This document shows, piece after piece, positions 6,927 through 18,838 of a DNA stretch of 38,757 nt (its first letter is position 1; the number at the start of each line of letters is the position of its first letter). The stretch spans positions 1-38,757 of the forward strand of contig JBBSZV010000003.1 of NCBI GenBank assembly GCA_038044525.1, given 5' to 3'. The stretch is from Nanobdellota archaeon. GTDB lineage: Archaea; Nanobdellota; Nanobdellia; Woesearchaeales; GW2011-AR9. Position numbers and translations under genes: made by a program. Under the pieces are notes generated by a model, which ran no database searches, was not told the origin of the DNA, and saw nothing but the letters and a program-made list of their open reading frames with translations.

Positions 6927-9500
6927 ATGAACCACGAAGTCCATAAAAAAATTGACAGCATCTCATTTGGAGTTTTTTCTCCAAAAATGATGATTGATGC
7001 TGCTGCAGCTAAGGTTGTAACTCCCGAACTTTATGATCAGGAAGGATACCCGGTAGACGGCGGCTTGATGGATTTACGCCTGGGGGTCATCGATCCGGGA
7101 TTGATATGTAAGACTGACGGGCTGAAGCTGAAAGAAAGTCTTGGACATTTTGGCTACATCGAGTTAGCTCGGCCAGTGATCCATATCAAATTTGTACGGC
7201 AGATATTGGACTTATTGCGGTCGACATGTAAGATCTGCGGAAGGATCCTCATCCCGGAAGAGAAAGTCAAACGCTATGTTGCTATGCTCAACAAGACGGG
7301 CGAACAGGAAGGGCTGGAAACACGAAGAAGAAAAGTGAAAGTTATCGTAGCTAAATATAAAGCTAAGGATAAATGCCCGCACTGCAACAGCAAGCAGGAA
7401 AAGATCAAGATCGAAAAGCCTTACAATTTCTATGAGGGGGAAACGCGTTTAAGCCCGATTGAAGTGCGGGCTAGATTAGAAAAACTATCTGAAGAAGACC
7501 TGCTTATCTTTGGATTCAGCCCGGAAAATTTCCGTCCGGAATGGATGGTGCTTACGGTCCTGCAGATCCCGCCGGTGACCATGAGGCCGAGTATCACGCT
7601 AGAATCCGGTGAGAGAAGCGAAGACGACCTGACCCACAAGTTAGGGGACATCGTACGAATCAACCAGCGATTATTTGAGAACATCAATGCCGGCGCGCCA
7701 GAAGTCATCATCGAAGATCTCTGGGACCTGCTGCAATATCACGTCACCACATTCTTCGACAATGAAGTCGCTCAGCTTCCACCGGCACGCCACCGCGGCG
7801 GACAGCCGCTTAAGACGCTGACGGAAAGGATCAAAAGCAAGGAAGGGCGCATCAGGCACAATCTGGCCGGTAAGAGAACTGATTTCTCTGCGCGTACCGT
7901 CATCAGCCCTGACCCGATGATCACCTTGAACGAAGTTGGCGTCCCTTTAAGCATAGCCATGCAGCTGACCATTCCTGAACGAGTGACAGAATGGAACAAG
8001 GAACATCTTCGCAAGCTTATCGAAAACGGCCCTAAAAAATATCCCGGGGCTAATTATGTGATCAAGCCTAACGGAAGAAGAAAAACGATTACTGAAGAGA
8101 CTAAACAAGAAATCCTGGAAGAGCTTGGTGAAGAATATATTGTAGAAAGACATTTGATCAACAAGGATATTGCTCTTTTCAACCGACAGCCTTCGCTGCA
8201 TCGGATGAGCATGATGTGCCATTTAGTCAAAGTCCTGCCCGGAAATACTTTCCGCCTGAATCCGGCGGTATGTAACCCTTATAACGCTGATTTCGACGGA
8301 GACGAGATGAACCTGCATATTCCCCAGAATGAAGAAGCCCGCGCTGAAGCGCGCATCCTAATGTTAGTAGAAACGCAGATCATCAGCCCCAGATATGGGC
8401 TTAGCGTAGTAGGCTGCATCCACGATGCCATCACCGGAAATTATCTACTGACTAAAGAATTGGTCCTCACCAGGAATGAAGCGGTGGATCTTCTTTACAG
8501 CTGCGGGGTTGAGGACTTATCCGGCTTGCCGCAGAAAGATAAAATCGACGGGAAAGAAGTATTTTCTGTCCTGCTGCCGAAAGATTTCAATTTCCTGGGC
8601 GAGGACAAGGGCGGAAACCAGGTCAAGATCGTAAATGGAATACTGAAGACCGGAGTGATGGATAAATCAAATCTTGGTCAGGAAAGCGGATTGATGCTGC
8701 GGAATATCTATGAAAAGTACGGCTCTACATTTACCGCCGACCTATTAAGTAAGATTTCCAAACTGGGAATAGCTGTATTGACCCGGCGCGGCTTCACCAT
8801 CGGCATCGGCGATTTTGATCTTCTTGAAGAGACTAAGGAAGAGATCAATGCCGCGATCAGGAAAGCTGAAGAAGAAGCCTTGAAACTTATAGACGAATTT
8901 TATGCCGGAAAACTGCATGCGCTTCCCGGAAGGACGGTCGCAGAGACTTTAGAGCTGCGTATTTTAGAAGCGCTGAACCGCGCCAGAAATAAAAGCGGGG
9001 ACATCGCGGTGCGGCAGGTCCGTGAAAGTTCGGCGCTGACCATGGCCAGATGCGGTTCGAGAGGAAATCCCCTTAACATCGCCCAGATGACTGCTATCGT
9101 AGGTCAGCAGGCTCTGCGCGGAAAGAGGATCGATACCGGTTTCAAGGGAAGGACCCTCCCCTATTTCAAACGCAATGATCTCAGCCCGAAAGCGCACGGA
9201 TTCATCAAAAATAATTTCAAAAGCGGATTGACTCCGAGTGAATTTTTCTTTGGAGCCATGACCGGGCGGGATGCTCTCATGGATACGGCTCTGCGTACTC
9301 CTAAATCAGGATACCTTTATAGAAGATTGTCCAACGCCATGCAGGACCTTAAAGTTGTGTATGACGGTTCAGTACGTGATGCCAGCGGAAGGATCGTACA
9401 ATTCTCGTACGGAGAAGATAATCTTGACGTTTCTAAAACCAAGAACGGCGTGATCGATGTAAAAGAGATAATCCAACTGATAGTTGGCGGGGAGAAATAA
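6927..9500 (+). CDS. rpoA1: DNA-directed RNA polymerase subunit A' (Rpo1N)
   Basis: Catalytic [31 protein letters not shown]. Confidence 0.98.
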   Translation: MNHEVHKKIDSISFGVFSPKMMIDAAAAKVVTPELYDQEGYPVDGGLMDLRLGVIDPGLICKTDGLKLKESLGHFGYIELARPVIHIKFVRQILDLLRSTCKICGRILIPEEKVKRYVAMLNKTGEQEGLETRRRKVKVIVAKYKAKDKCPHCNSKQEKIKIEKPYNFYEGETRLSPIEVRARLEKLSEEDLLIFGFSPENFRPEWMVLTVLQIPPVTMRPSITLESGERSEDDLTHKLGDIVRINQRLFENINAGAPEVIIEDLWDLLQYHVTTFFDNEVAQLPPARHRGGQPLKTLTERIKSKEGRIRHNLAGKRTDFSARTVISPDPMITLNEVGVPLSIAMQLTIPERVTEWNKEHLRKLIENGPKKYPGANYVIKPNGRRKTITEETKQEILEELGEEYIVERHLINKDIALFNRQPSLHRMSMMCHLVKVLPGNTFRLNPAVCNPYNADFDGDEMNLHIPQNEEARAEARILMLVETQIISPRYGLSVVGCIHDAITGNYLLTKELVLTRNEAVDLLYSCGVEDLSGLPQKDKIDGKEVFSVLLPKDFNFLGEDKGGNQVKIVNGILKTGVMDKSNLGQESGLMLRNIYEKYGSTFTADLLSKISKLGIAVLTRRGFTIGIGDFDLLEETKEEINAAIRKAEEEALKLIDEFYAGKLHALPGRTVAETLELRILEALNRARNKSGDIAVRQVRESSALTMARCGSRGNPLNIAQMTAIVGQQALRGKRIDTGFKGRTLPYFKRNDLSPKAHGFIKNNFKSGLTPSEFFFGAMTGRDALMDTALRTPKSGYLYRRLSNAMQDLKVVYDGSVRDASGRIVQFSYGEDNLDVSKTKNGVIDVKEIIQLIVGGEK

Positions 9501-9501
9501 A

Positions 9502-10644
9502 ATGAAAAGCGAGCATGAAAAATTTATAGATGAATATGCCGGCAAGCTCCCTAACTTGGTGCTGGAAAATATCAAAAAAAGCATTCCGGCAAACATCTCC
9601 AAGGGCGACTGCAGCAAAGTGGTGGAAGCCATCCTTGCCGCCCATAATGCCGCAAAAGTAAATCCCGGAGAGTGCGTCGGGCTGGTCGGAGCGCAAAGCA
9701 TCGGCGAACCGGGCACCCAGATGACTTTAAACACCTTCCACTTCGCAGGGGTCTCTGAGATGAACGTCACTACGGGATTGCCCAGGATCATCGAAATATT
9801 TGATGCGCGAAAAGACATCAAGACGCCGATGATGGAGATTTTCTTAAAAGCTCCGCACAATAATGATATCGAGCTGCTGAAGAAGTTCGCGGCAAAGATC
9901 AAGGAAACTACTTTCGGAGAATTGGCTTCGGAATATTCGCTGAATATCTTTGACCAAGTCCTGAAGGTAAAACTTACTTCAAACCTCTCTGATTACGAGC
10001 TGTCAGCAAAAGATCTGATAAAAATAATCAAAGCTAAAGTGAAAGGTTTCGGTGTAGAAAGCACGGAAGACGAGATCACGTTCACTAAATCCGGAAAAAA
10101 GGAAGAGCTTAAAGACATTTACAATCTAAAGGAGAAGATAAAAGAATTTAAAATAGCCGGAGTAAAGGGCATAAAACAGGTATTGCCGGTAAAACGGGGA
10201 GAAGAGTACATCATCCTTACTTCCGGCACCAACCTGAAAGATATCCTTCCCATGCCGGAAGTTGATGCTGTCAGGACCACCAGCAATGACATCTGTGAAA
10301 TCCAAGATCTATTGGGTATCGAAGCGGTCCGGCAGGCTATAATCAATGAAGTTTACAAAGTCATCGAAGCCCAAGGGCTGAATATCGACGTACGCCACAT
10401 CATGATCGTAGCTGATGTCATGTGCGCCACCGGAGAGATTAAGGGGGTGACCCGTTACGGCGTAGTGAAAGAAAAAGCCAGCGTGTTGGCCAGAGCTTCA
10501 TTTGAAACGCCGATTAAGCATCTTATCAATGCCGCTTTGGAAGGAGAAGTAGATAAACTTTCATCCGTGGTTGAAAACGTCATGGTCAACCAGCCGGTCC
10601 CGGTAGGAACAGGACTGCCCGGATTGGTGACGAAGATAAAGTGA
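9502..10644 (+). CDS. rpoA2: DNA-directed RNA polymerase subunit A'' (Rpo1C)
   Basis: [40 protein letters not shown] at 9502. Confidence 0.97.
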   Translation: MKSEHEKFIDEYAGKLPNLVLENIKKSIPANISKGDCSKVVEAILAAHNAAKVNPGECVGLVGAQSIGEPGTQMTLNTFHFAGVSEMNVTTGLPRIIEIFDARKDIKTPMMEIFLKAPHNNDIELLKKFAAKIKETTFGELASEYSLNIFDQVLKVKLTSNLSDYELSAKDLIKIIKAKVKGFGVESTEDEITFTKSGKKEELKDIYNLKEKIKEFKIAGVKGIKQVLPVKRGEEYIILTSGTNLKDILPMPEVDAVRTTSNDICEIQDLLGIEAVRQAIINEVYKVIEAQGLNIDVRHIMIVADVMCATGEIKGVTRYGVVKEKASVLARASFETPIKHLINAALEGEVDKLSSVVENVMVNQPVPVGTGLPGLVTKIK

Positions 10645-10691
10645 AGATAAATCAATAAACATTTAAAAAACAGACCAGAATAATGATAAAA

Positions 10692-10970
10692 ATGGCAGAA
10701 AATCTTGAGAAAGAAATGAAAGACCTGAAAGCGAAAGTTCAGGAAGGCAAAGCAGTAATCGGTAAAGAACAGACCTTAAAATTCCTACGGACAAAGTCAT
10801 TGCAAAAAGTGTATCTGGCTAAGAACTGCCCGGAAAGCCTTAAAGCAGATGTCCATCATTACGCTAAACTGATCAGCACTCCAGTGGTAGAGCTGGAGCT
10901 TGACAACGAAGAACTCGGCCTGTTCTGCAAGAAAAACTTCTTTATTTCCGTCCTGGGAACAACTGAATAA
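10692..10970 (+). CDS. rpl30e: 50S ribosomal protein L30e
   Basis: GK.VIG...T.K, A.NCP, ELG..C.K.F motifs; conserved position in the operon. Confidence 0.92.
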   Translation: MAENLEKEMKDLKAKVQEGKAVIGKEQTLKFLRTKSLQKVYLAKNCPESLKADVHHYAKLISTPVVELELDNEELGLFCKKNFFISVLGTTE

Positions 10971-10972
10971 AA

Positions 10973-11389
10973 TTGACACGACTAATACTTGACCAGGAAT
11001 CGATGGGGCTTTGCTCTCTGATGGAAAGGATCACCAGGGCCAAGGTCAAGGATTGTTTTAAAGACGAAGAAGGCACCGTTTATTTCGTGGTCGGAAAAGG
11101 AGAGTTCGGCAAGGCAGTGGGAAAAGCCGGAAGCAGCATCAAGAACGTCCAGCAGGAGCTGGGGCGCAAAGTGAAGGTCATCGAATACAGCGACTCGGTC
11201 ACGGAGTTCATCAGGAATATCATCTATCCCCTTACCGCTGCCGAAATTGTTGAAGACAACGGCCTTATCAGCATAAAAGAACCGTATAAAAAAGCAAAAA
11301 GTTTATTAATCGGACGTGGCGGGAAGAACATAAAACTAATAAACCGGGCTGTAAAACGGTTTTTTAACTATGAAGTAAAAGTGGTATAA
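10973..11389 (+). CDS. nusA: Archaeal NusA-like transcription factor (KH domains)
   Basis: GKAVGKAG and [11 protein letters not shown] loops; position between rpl30e and rps12; TTG start. Confidence 0.92.
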   Translation: MTRLILDQESMGLCSLMERITRAKVKDCFKDEEGTVYFVVGKGEFGKAVGKAGSSIKNVQQELGRKVKVIEYSDSVTEFIRNIIYPLTAAEIVEDNGLISIKEPYKKAKSLLIGRGGKNIKLINRAVKRFFNYEVKVV

Positions 11390-11394
11390 TCAAC

Positions 11395-11814
11395 ATGGGG
11401 AAAAAAACTAACGGATTGGCGGCGGCCAAGAAACTTAAGAAAAGAAGAAATCAGTACAAGATAGTCAGCAGAACTAAAAGAAAGAAGAAAGTGGATCCCT
11501 TAAAAGGCTCTTCGCAGGCTAAAGCTATCGTTCTGGAGAAAATTCAGGTAGAAGCTAAACAGCCAAACTCCGCTATGAGAAAATGTGCTAGAGTCCAGTT
11601 AGTCAAAAATGGAAAACAGATAACTGCTTTCATGCCCGGCGATGGAGCTCAGAAATTAATCAATGAGCACGACGAAGTCATCATAGAATGCATCGGCGGG
11701 AAAATGGGCCGCTCTAAAGGAGATTTGCCTTGTATCAGATGGCAGGTAATAAAAGTTAACGATCAAAGCTTAGATGCCTTATTGAGAGGTAAATTGGAGA
11801 AAGCAAGGAGATAA
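11395..11814 (+). CDS. rps12: 30S ribosomal protein S12 (uS12)
   Basis: [25 protein letters not shown]. Confidence 0.97.
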   Translation: MGKKTNGLAAAKKLKKRRNQYKIVSRTKRKKKVDPLKGSSQAKAIVLEKIQVEAKQPNSAMRKCARVQLVKNGKQITAFMPGDGAQKLINEHDEVIIECIGGKMGRSKGDLPCIRWQVIKVNDQSLDALLRGKLEKARR

Positions 11815-11816
11815 AC

Positions 11817-12215
11817 ATGGCAATTGGAATTATTTACTACTTATCTATTGAAGACAGAATTAGAGATGAGAAAGGAAATGTTGTTCAGCGTGCTGTTATA
11901 GCTAGAGCTAGTGGAAATCTTCCAGCTGAATGGACATATAACCCAAAAGCAAAACCGCAAAAACCGTTCAATTCCGAGGATACCGAATTTGATACTTCTT
12001 TTAGCATAATTCATCCTTTTAGAGATGCTGCTAAAACTATTGCAGAACATTATGCGCAAAATGGGGATGCAAGCGCACCCAAAGTAAAATACAACACTAG
12101 CATCAATGATGCTCAGAAAACATTGTTTGAAAATATTCTTGCTCAGGAATATGATGCAGTAAAAAAACAAGAAAACAAAGGATATACTTCCCAAGCGAGT
12201 TATCCATTAGACTGA
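11817..12215 (+). CDS. Hypothetical protein inserted between rps12 and rps7
   Basis: 132-aa ORF tightly spaced to both neighbours, GGAG RBS, AT-richer codon usage. Confidence 0.75.
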   Translation: MAIGIIYYLSIEDRIRDEKGNVVQRAVIARASGNLPAEWTYNPKAKPQKPFNSEDTEFDTSFSIIHPFRDAAKTIAEHYAQNGDASAPKVKYNTSINDAQKTLFENILAQEYDAVKKQENKGYTSQASYPLD

Positions 12216-12221
12216 ATAAAA

Positions 12222-12821
12222 ATGTCAACGATAAAATTTTTCAACCGCTGGACCGCAGAAGGCGTTAAAGTAGCTGATGTGGGTTTAGTTCCTTACCTTA
12301 CGATCGATCCCAAGATGGCTCCTAAGACCGGAGCGCGCTATGCAGGAAACCGGTTCCATAAATCCAATACTTTCATCGTCGAACGGCTAGCCAGCAAATT
12401 GATGCAGTCCGGTCATAAAGGGAAAAAACATTTCATGAGTTCCGGACACAACACCGGGAAAAAGATCAAAGCGTTAAACACGGTAAAGAATGCCTTGGCT
12501 AAAGCGGAAGCTAAGCTCAAGCAAAATCCTCTTGCTATTTTGGTGCGCGCGGTTGAAAATGCAGCTCCCAGGGAAGAAGTCATCGCTATCGAATACGGAG
12601 GAGCGCGATACCCTAAAGCAGTGGACGTTGCTCCGCAGCGAAGAGTTGATTTGGCTCTCCGCAACATGACTCAGGGAGCATATGTAAAGACATTCAACAA
12701 GAAAACCAAGATTGACGACGCTTTGGCGGACGAGATAATTTCTGCGGCCCAATCAAGCGGGCGAAGCAACGCCATCGCCAAGAAAAGAGACTTGGAAAGA
12801 CAGGCTGCTAGTAGTAAATAA
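12222..12821 (+). CDS. rps7: 30S ribosomal protein S7 (uS7)
   Basis: IVERL, AVENAAPREE, AVDVAPQRRVDLALR. Confidence 0.97.
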   Translation: MSTIKFFNRWTAEGVKVADVGLVPYLTIDPKMAPKTGARYAGNRFHKSNTFIVERLASKLMQSGHKGKKHFMSSGHNTGKKIKALNTVKNALAKAEAKLKQNPLAILVRAVENAAPREEVIAIEYGGARYPKAVDVAPQRRVDLALRNMTQGAYVKTFNKKTKIDDALADEIISAAQSSGRSNAIAKKRDLERQAASSK

Positions 12822-12927
12822 GGATTAGTGTTTTTGAAGTTGTGGCATGCACTACTTTTAGTGGGGACAATGCTAATCACCAAATCTATTCGATTAATTT
12901 TTAAATATTCTCCGTAATTCTAAACCT

Positions 12928-13878
12928 ATGATCATCCTCGGCGTCGAAAGCACCGCACATACCTTCGGGATAGGCATCGTAACGGACAAAGGCGGGATAC
13001 TTGCCAATGTCAAAGATAGTTACACGTCCAAAGATGCCGGCATGATTCCGCATGAGATCGCCGAACACCATGAAAAAGTTGCAGAAAAGATTCTTTTGGA
13101 AGCGTTCAAGACGGCTAAATTGGGTTGGGAAGATATAGATTTAGTCGCGTATTCCGCCGGACCCGGTTTAGATCCGGCCTTATGGAAAGGATACCATATT
13201 GTTGCAAAATGGGCAAAGGAACATAACATAAAATTAGTGGGAGTAAATCACTGCTGCGCCCATCTTTCTGTAGGAAAAATGTGGAACGGGCTGAAAGATC
13301 CGGTTTATCTATATGTTTCCGGCGTAAATACTCAGGTTATAATTCAGGAAAAAAATAAATATTTAGTTCTGGGGGAAACTCTCGATATAGGCCTAGGAAA
13401 TATGCTGGACAAGTTCGGAAGAATTTTGGACTTAGGTTTTCCTGCCGGGCCGAAGATAGAAGAATTGGCGAAGAAAGGAAAGTATGTCGAATTGCCATAT
13501 GTAGTTAAAGGGATGGACGTTTCTTTCTCCGGTCTGCTGACTAAAGCGCAGCAATTGTTCGAGCAAAAAAAAGCCGCTAAAGAAGATTTATGCTTTTCAC
13601 TGCAGGAAACCTGTTTCGCCATGTGCGCGGAAGTCGCCGAAAGAGCATTAGCCCACACGGGAAAGAAAGAGCTGCTCTTGGTCGGCGGCGTGGGGGCGAA
13701 CAAACGCTTCTGTGAGATGTTGGAACTGATGTGCAGGGAACGCAGCGCAAAATTCTATCAAGTGCCAGCTGATTTAGCCGGCGACCAGGGAGCCATGATC
13801 GCCTGGGAAGGATTCCTGCGCAAAGATGAGATCAAAGAGATGACCGTAGATCCGCATTGGAGAGCTGATGAAACATGA
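12928..13878 (+). CDS. kae1: tRNA t6A37 threonylcarbamoyltransferase Kae1 (not fused to Bud32)
   Basis: ILGVESTAHT, GPG, VNHCCAH, GETLDIGLGNMLDKF, GGVGAN, DQGAMIAW. Confidence 0.95.
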   Translation: MIILGVESTAHTFGIGIVTDKGGILANVKDSYTSKDAGMIPHEIAEHHEKVAEKILLEAFKTAKLGWEDIDLVAYSAGPGLDPALWKGYHIVAKWAKEHNIKLVGVNHCCAHLSVGKMWNGLKDPVYLYVSGVNTQVIIQEKNKYLVLGETLDIGLGNMLDKFGRILDLGFPAGPKIEELAKKGKYVELPYVVKGMDVSFSGLLTKAQQLFEQKKAAKEDLCFSLQETCFAMCAEVAERALAHTGKKELLLVGGVGANKRFCEMLELMCRERSAKFYQVPADLAGDQGAMIAWEGFLRKDEIKEMTVDPHWRADET

Positions 13879-14342
13879 AAAAAATGATGACCGGCCTTTC
13901 GTTGCTGATATCGGGATGTTATACCATTTACAAACCTCAAACACACCAATTTGACAATTACGGACAGGAAATTATTTTTGTTGTCGACCCGGATAATCCT
14001 CACGGGGCAACGGCTAGTTATGAGAAAGCTACCGATGGGAAAGAAATCCCCGTCATCAAATACAATCCGGACTGGATCGGCTGGTTTTCGGAAGAATTTC
14101 AAAACTTTCTATTTTACCACGAAATCGCCCATTTTAAGCTGGGGCACCTCGATAACTGGAATCCGTATGTATCGCAAGAAGAATTGTATGAATTGCAGCG
14201 CGAAGCAGATTGCACCTCGGTGATTTATTTGCATAATCTCCTTCGTTACACCCCCGATCAGTTTATGAAGATTTATGAAGCTGCATTCGTGGAATTGGAA
14301 AGAGAAAGAGTCGATGACTTGATGGCCTGCCCAGTCAAATGA
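13875..14342 (+). CDS. Lipoprotein with zincin-like metallopeptidase motif (M48/M78-like)
   Basis: LISGC lipobox-like signal; HEIAH plus downstream QREADC. Confidence 0.7.
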   Translation: MKKMMTGLSLLISGCYTIYKPQTHQFDNYGQEIIFVVDPDNPHGATASYEKATDGKEIPVIKYNPDWIGWFSEEFQNFLFYHEIAHFKLGHLDNWNPYVSQEELYELQREADCTSVIYLHNLLRYTPDQFMKIYEAAFVELERERVDDLMACPVK

Positions 14343-14459
14343 CTGCAGGATTTAGCGGGATTGCAAAAAACCTTAAAATTTTTAGAAACTTTTATAAAGC
14401 TAAAAAACCCCAAATTCTATGCGGTTTATCGACGATAAACAATATTTCGCCCCTTTTAA

Positions 14460-17717
<3,258 letters not shown>

Positions 17718-17777
17718 GTGATTTTACACCATAAATTTTTAAACAACCACCTTAAAAATAGGGTTGGTGATGCTAAC

Positions 17778-18206
17778 ATGGCAGGATCAGATAAATACAA
17801 ATTACCAACCGATTACAAACTTGGAGCAGTTGCTGAGAAAGTTGCTCTGAATCTTCACTTAAGACTTAATGAAGAAGATAATGATGGCCTTATAACAGTT
17901 ATGAGTAGATTTGCCTATGTTCCTATAAATATGATGCAGTTTATTCTTGACCGGAGAGATGTTACAAATTCATTGGTGCTTTCCGGAGAACTGGAAAGTA
18001 AAGCATTACTTCATTATACTGGCGGAATGACTAAAGCAGGAAATGTTTGTGAATCACTTTATGTAAATAACTCTAAAAGAGTTATCGGAGTTACCTTTGG
18101 CGTTCCTGAAAAGGATTTAGGCTCGTTACTGGTGCTTGACATTGCAGGCAGTGTTGCCTTACAGAAATCAAAATCCCCACAGCAAGCTGTGGGGTATGAG
18201 ATGTAA
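17778..18206 (+). CDS. Hypothetical protein
   Basis: GGTGA RBS before ATG 17778; AT-rich; C-terminus overlaps a palindromic repeat. Confidence 0.7.
   Translation: MAGSDKYKLPTDYKLGAVAEKVALNLHLRLNEEDNDGLITVMSRFAYVPINMMQFILDRRDVTNSLVLSGELESKALLHYTGGMTKAGNVCESLYVNNSKRVIGVTFGVPEKDLGSLLVLDIAGSVALQKSKSPQQAVGYEM
18173..18197. repeat. REP/IS200-IS605-like palindrome ATCCCCACAGCAAGCTGTGGGGTAT
   Basis: Second copy at 18303-18327 with a compensatory A-T to T-A change; related copy at 32654-32694. Confidence 0.75.
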
Positions 18207-18431
18207 CTACAGCTTTGCTATTTAGCGTGGGGATTTTGGTGCAAAAAGGGATAGATTTCCCTTTTGCACAGAAGGACTTTGTCCTTCTTGTGTTGCTTTC
18301 GTATCCCCACTGCAAGCAGTGGGGTATACTCATCAACAATTAAGCGGAGCTGAACCCGGGCATGGAGGGCTTGTATGTGTGTACCACCCTGAACTACCAA
18401 AACCAGAACCGTTGAAAGGAGCAGCACAGTT
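18205..18431 (+). other. Highly structured non-coding region (long closing stem with several internal hairpins); ncRNA or nested repeat composite
   Basis: The 5' arm AACT..TTGCT..AGCG..GGATTTTGGT can pair with ACCAAAACC..CGTT..AGCAG..AGTT. Internal hairpins at 18242-18290 and 18303-18327. Confidence 0.5.
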
Positions 18432-18556
18432 CGAAGATTTTTCAAAAGTATATGAAACGATTAGCAGATTATTAGAATAAAAATAATCCTGCGATGATGC
18501 CTTTATAGCGATACCTTTATAATAAAACCTTAGTTTGAATTAAACGGTGATGCTAA

Positions 18557-18793
18557 ATGCCAGGATTTGATAAAAGTTTAGATAAGGAAATGTTTTCCAA
18601 GACCGTAGATTTTGAACGCTCCAGGATTACGGTAGCCGTATTTGCATACAACAACGGGACGCCCAAGCTGCAGTTAAGCCGCGAGACCAAAAGCGCGGAC
18701 GGAGAATACACTTTCGCAAAATTAGGTCGGATGCTCAAAAGCGAAGTAGAGGCAGTAATGCCGCTGATGGAAGAAGCTAAGAGCTTTCTTTAA
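18557..18793 (+). CDS. Small protein, probable PC4/YdbC-like ssDNA-binding fold
   Basis: Beta-rich pattern ITVAVFAYNNG.PKLQLSRE...FAKLGR followed by a C-terminal helix; GGTGA RBS. Confidence 0.6.
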   Translation: MPGFDKSLDKEMFSKTVDFERSRITVAVFAYNNGTPKLQLSRETKSADGEYTFAKLGRMLKSEVEAVMPLMEEAKSFL

Positions 18794-18796
18794 GAT

Positions 18797-18833
18797 TTAT
18801 TATTATATTATTATTATTATTATTATATTTTTA
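18797..18833. terminator. (TTA)n-rich tract between convergent genes, likely bidirectional terminator region
   Basis: TTATTATTATATTATTATTATTATTATTATATTTTT between the stop codons of the PC4-like gene and smc. Confidence 0.4.
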
Positions 18834-18838
18834 TGATC

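Noticed and set aside
3632-10655. Many antisense and alternate-frame ORFs over the RNA polymerase genes (likewise over gyrB, smc, cca and selU)
   Set aside because: Shadow ORFs of well-supported genes
18385-18431. SRP RNA helix 8-like motif (CAGAACC..GAAAGGAGCAGC) or RNase P RNA
   Set aside because: The stem around the GAAA loop does not pair as in helix 8, and no Alu/helix 6 or RNase P CR-I/CR-V motifs were found, so the region is left unassigned
18218-18445. Minus-strand ORFs of 75 and 82 aa
   Set aside because: They overlap the structured repeat region, use weak starts and show no recognisable protein features
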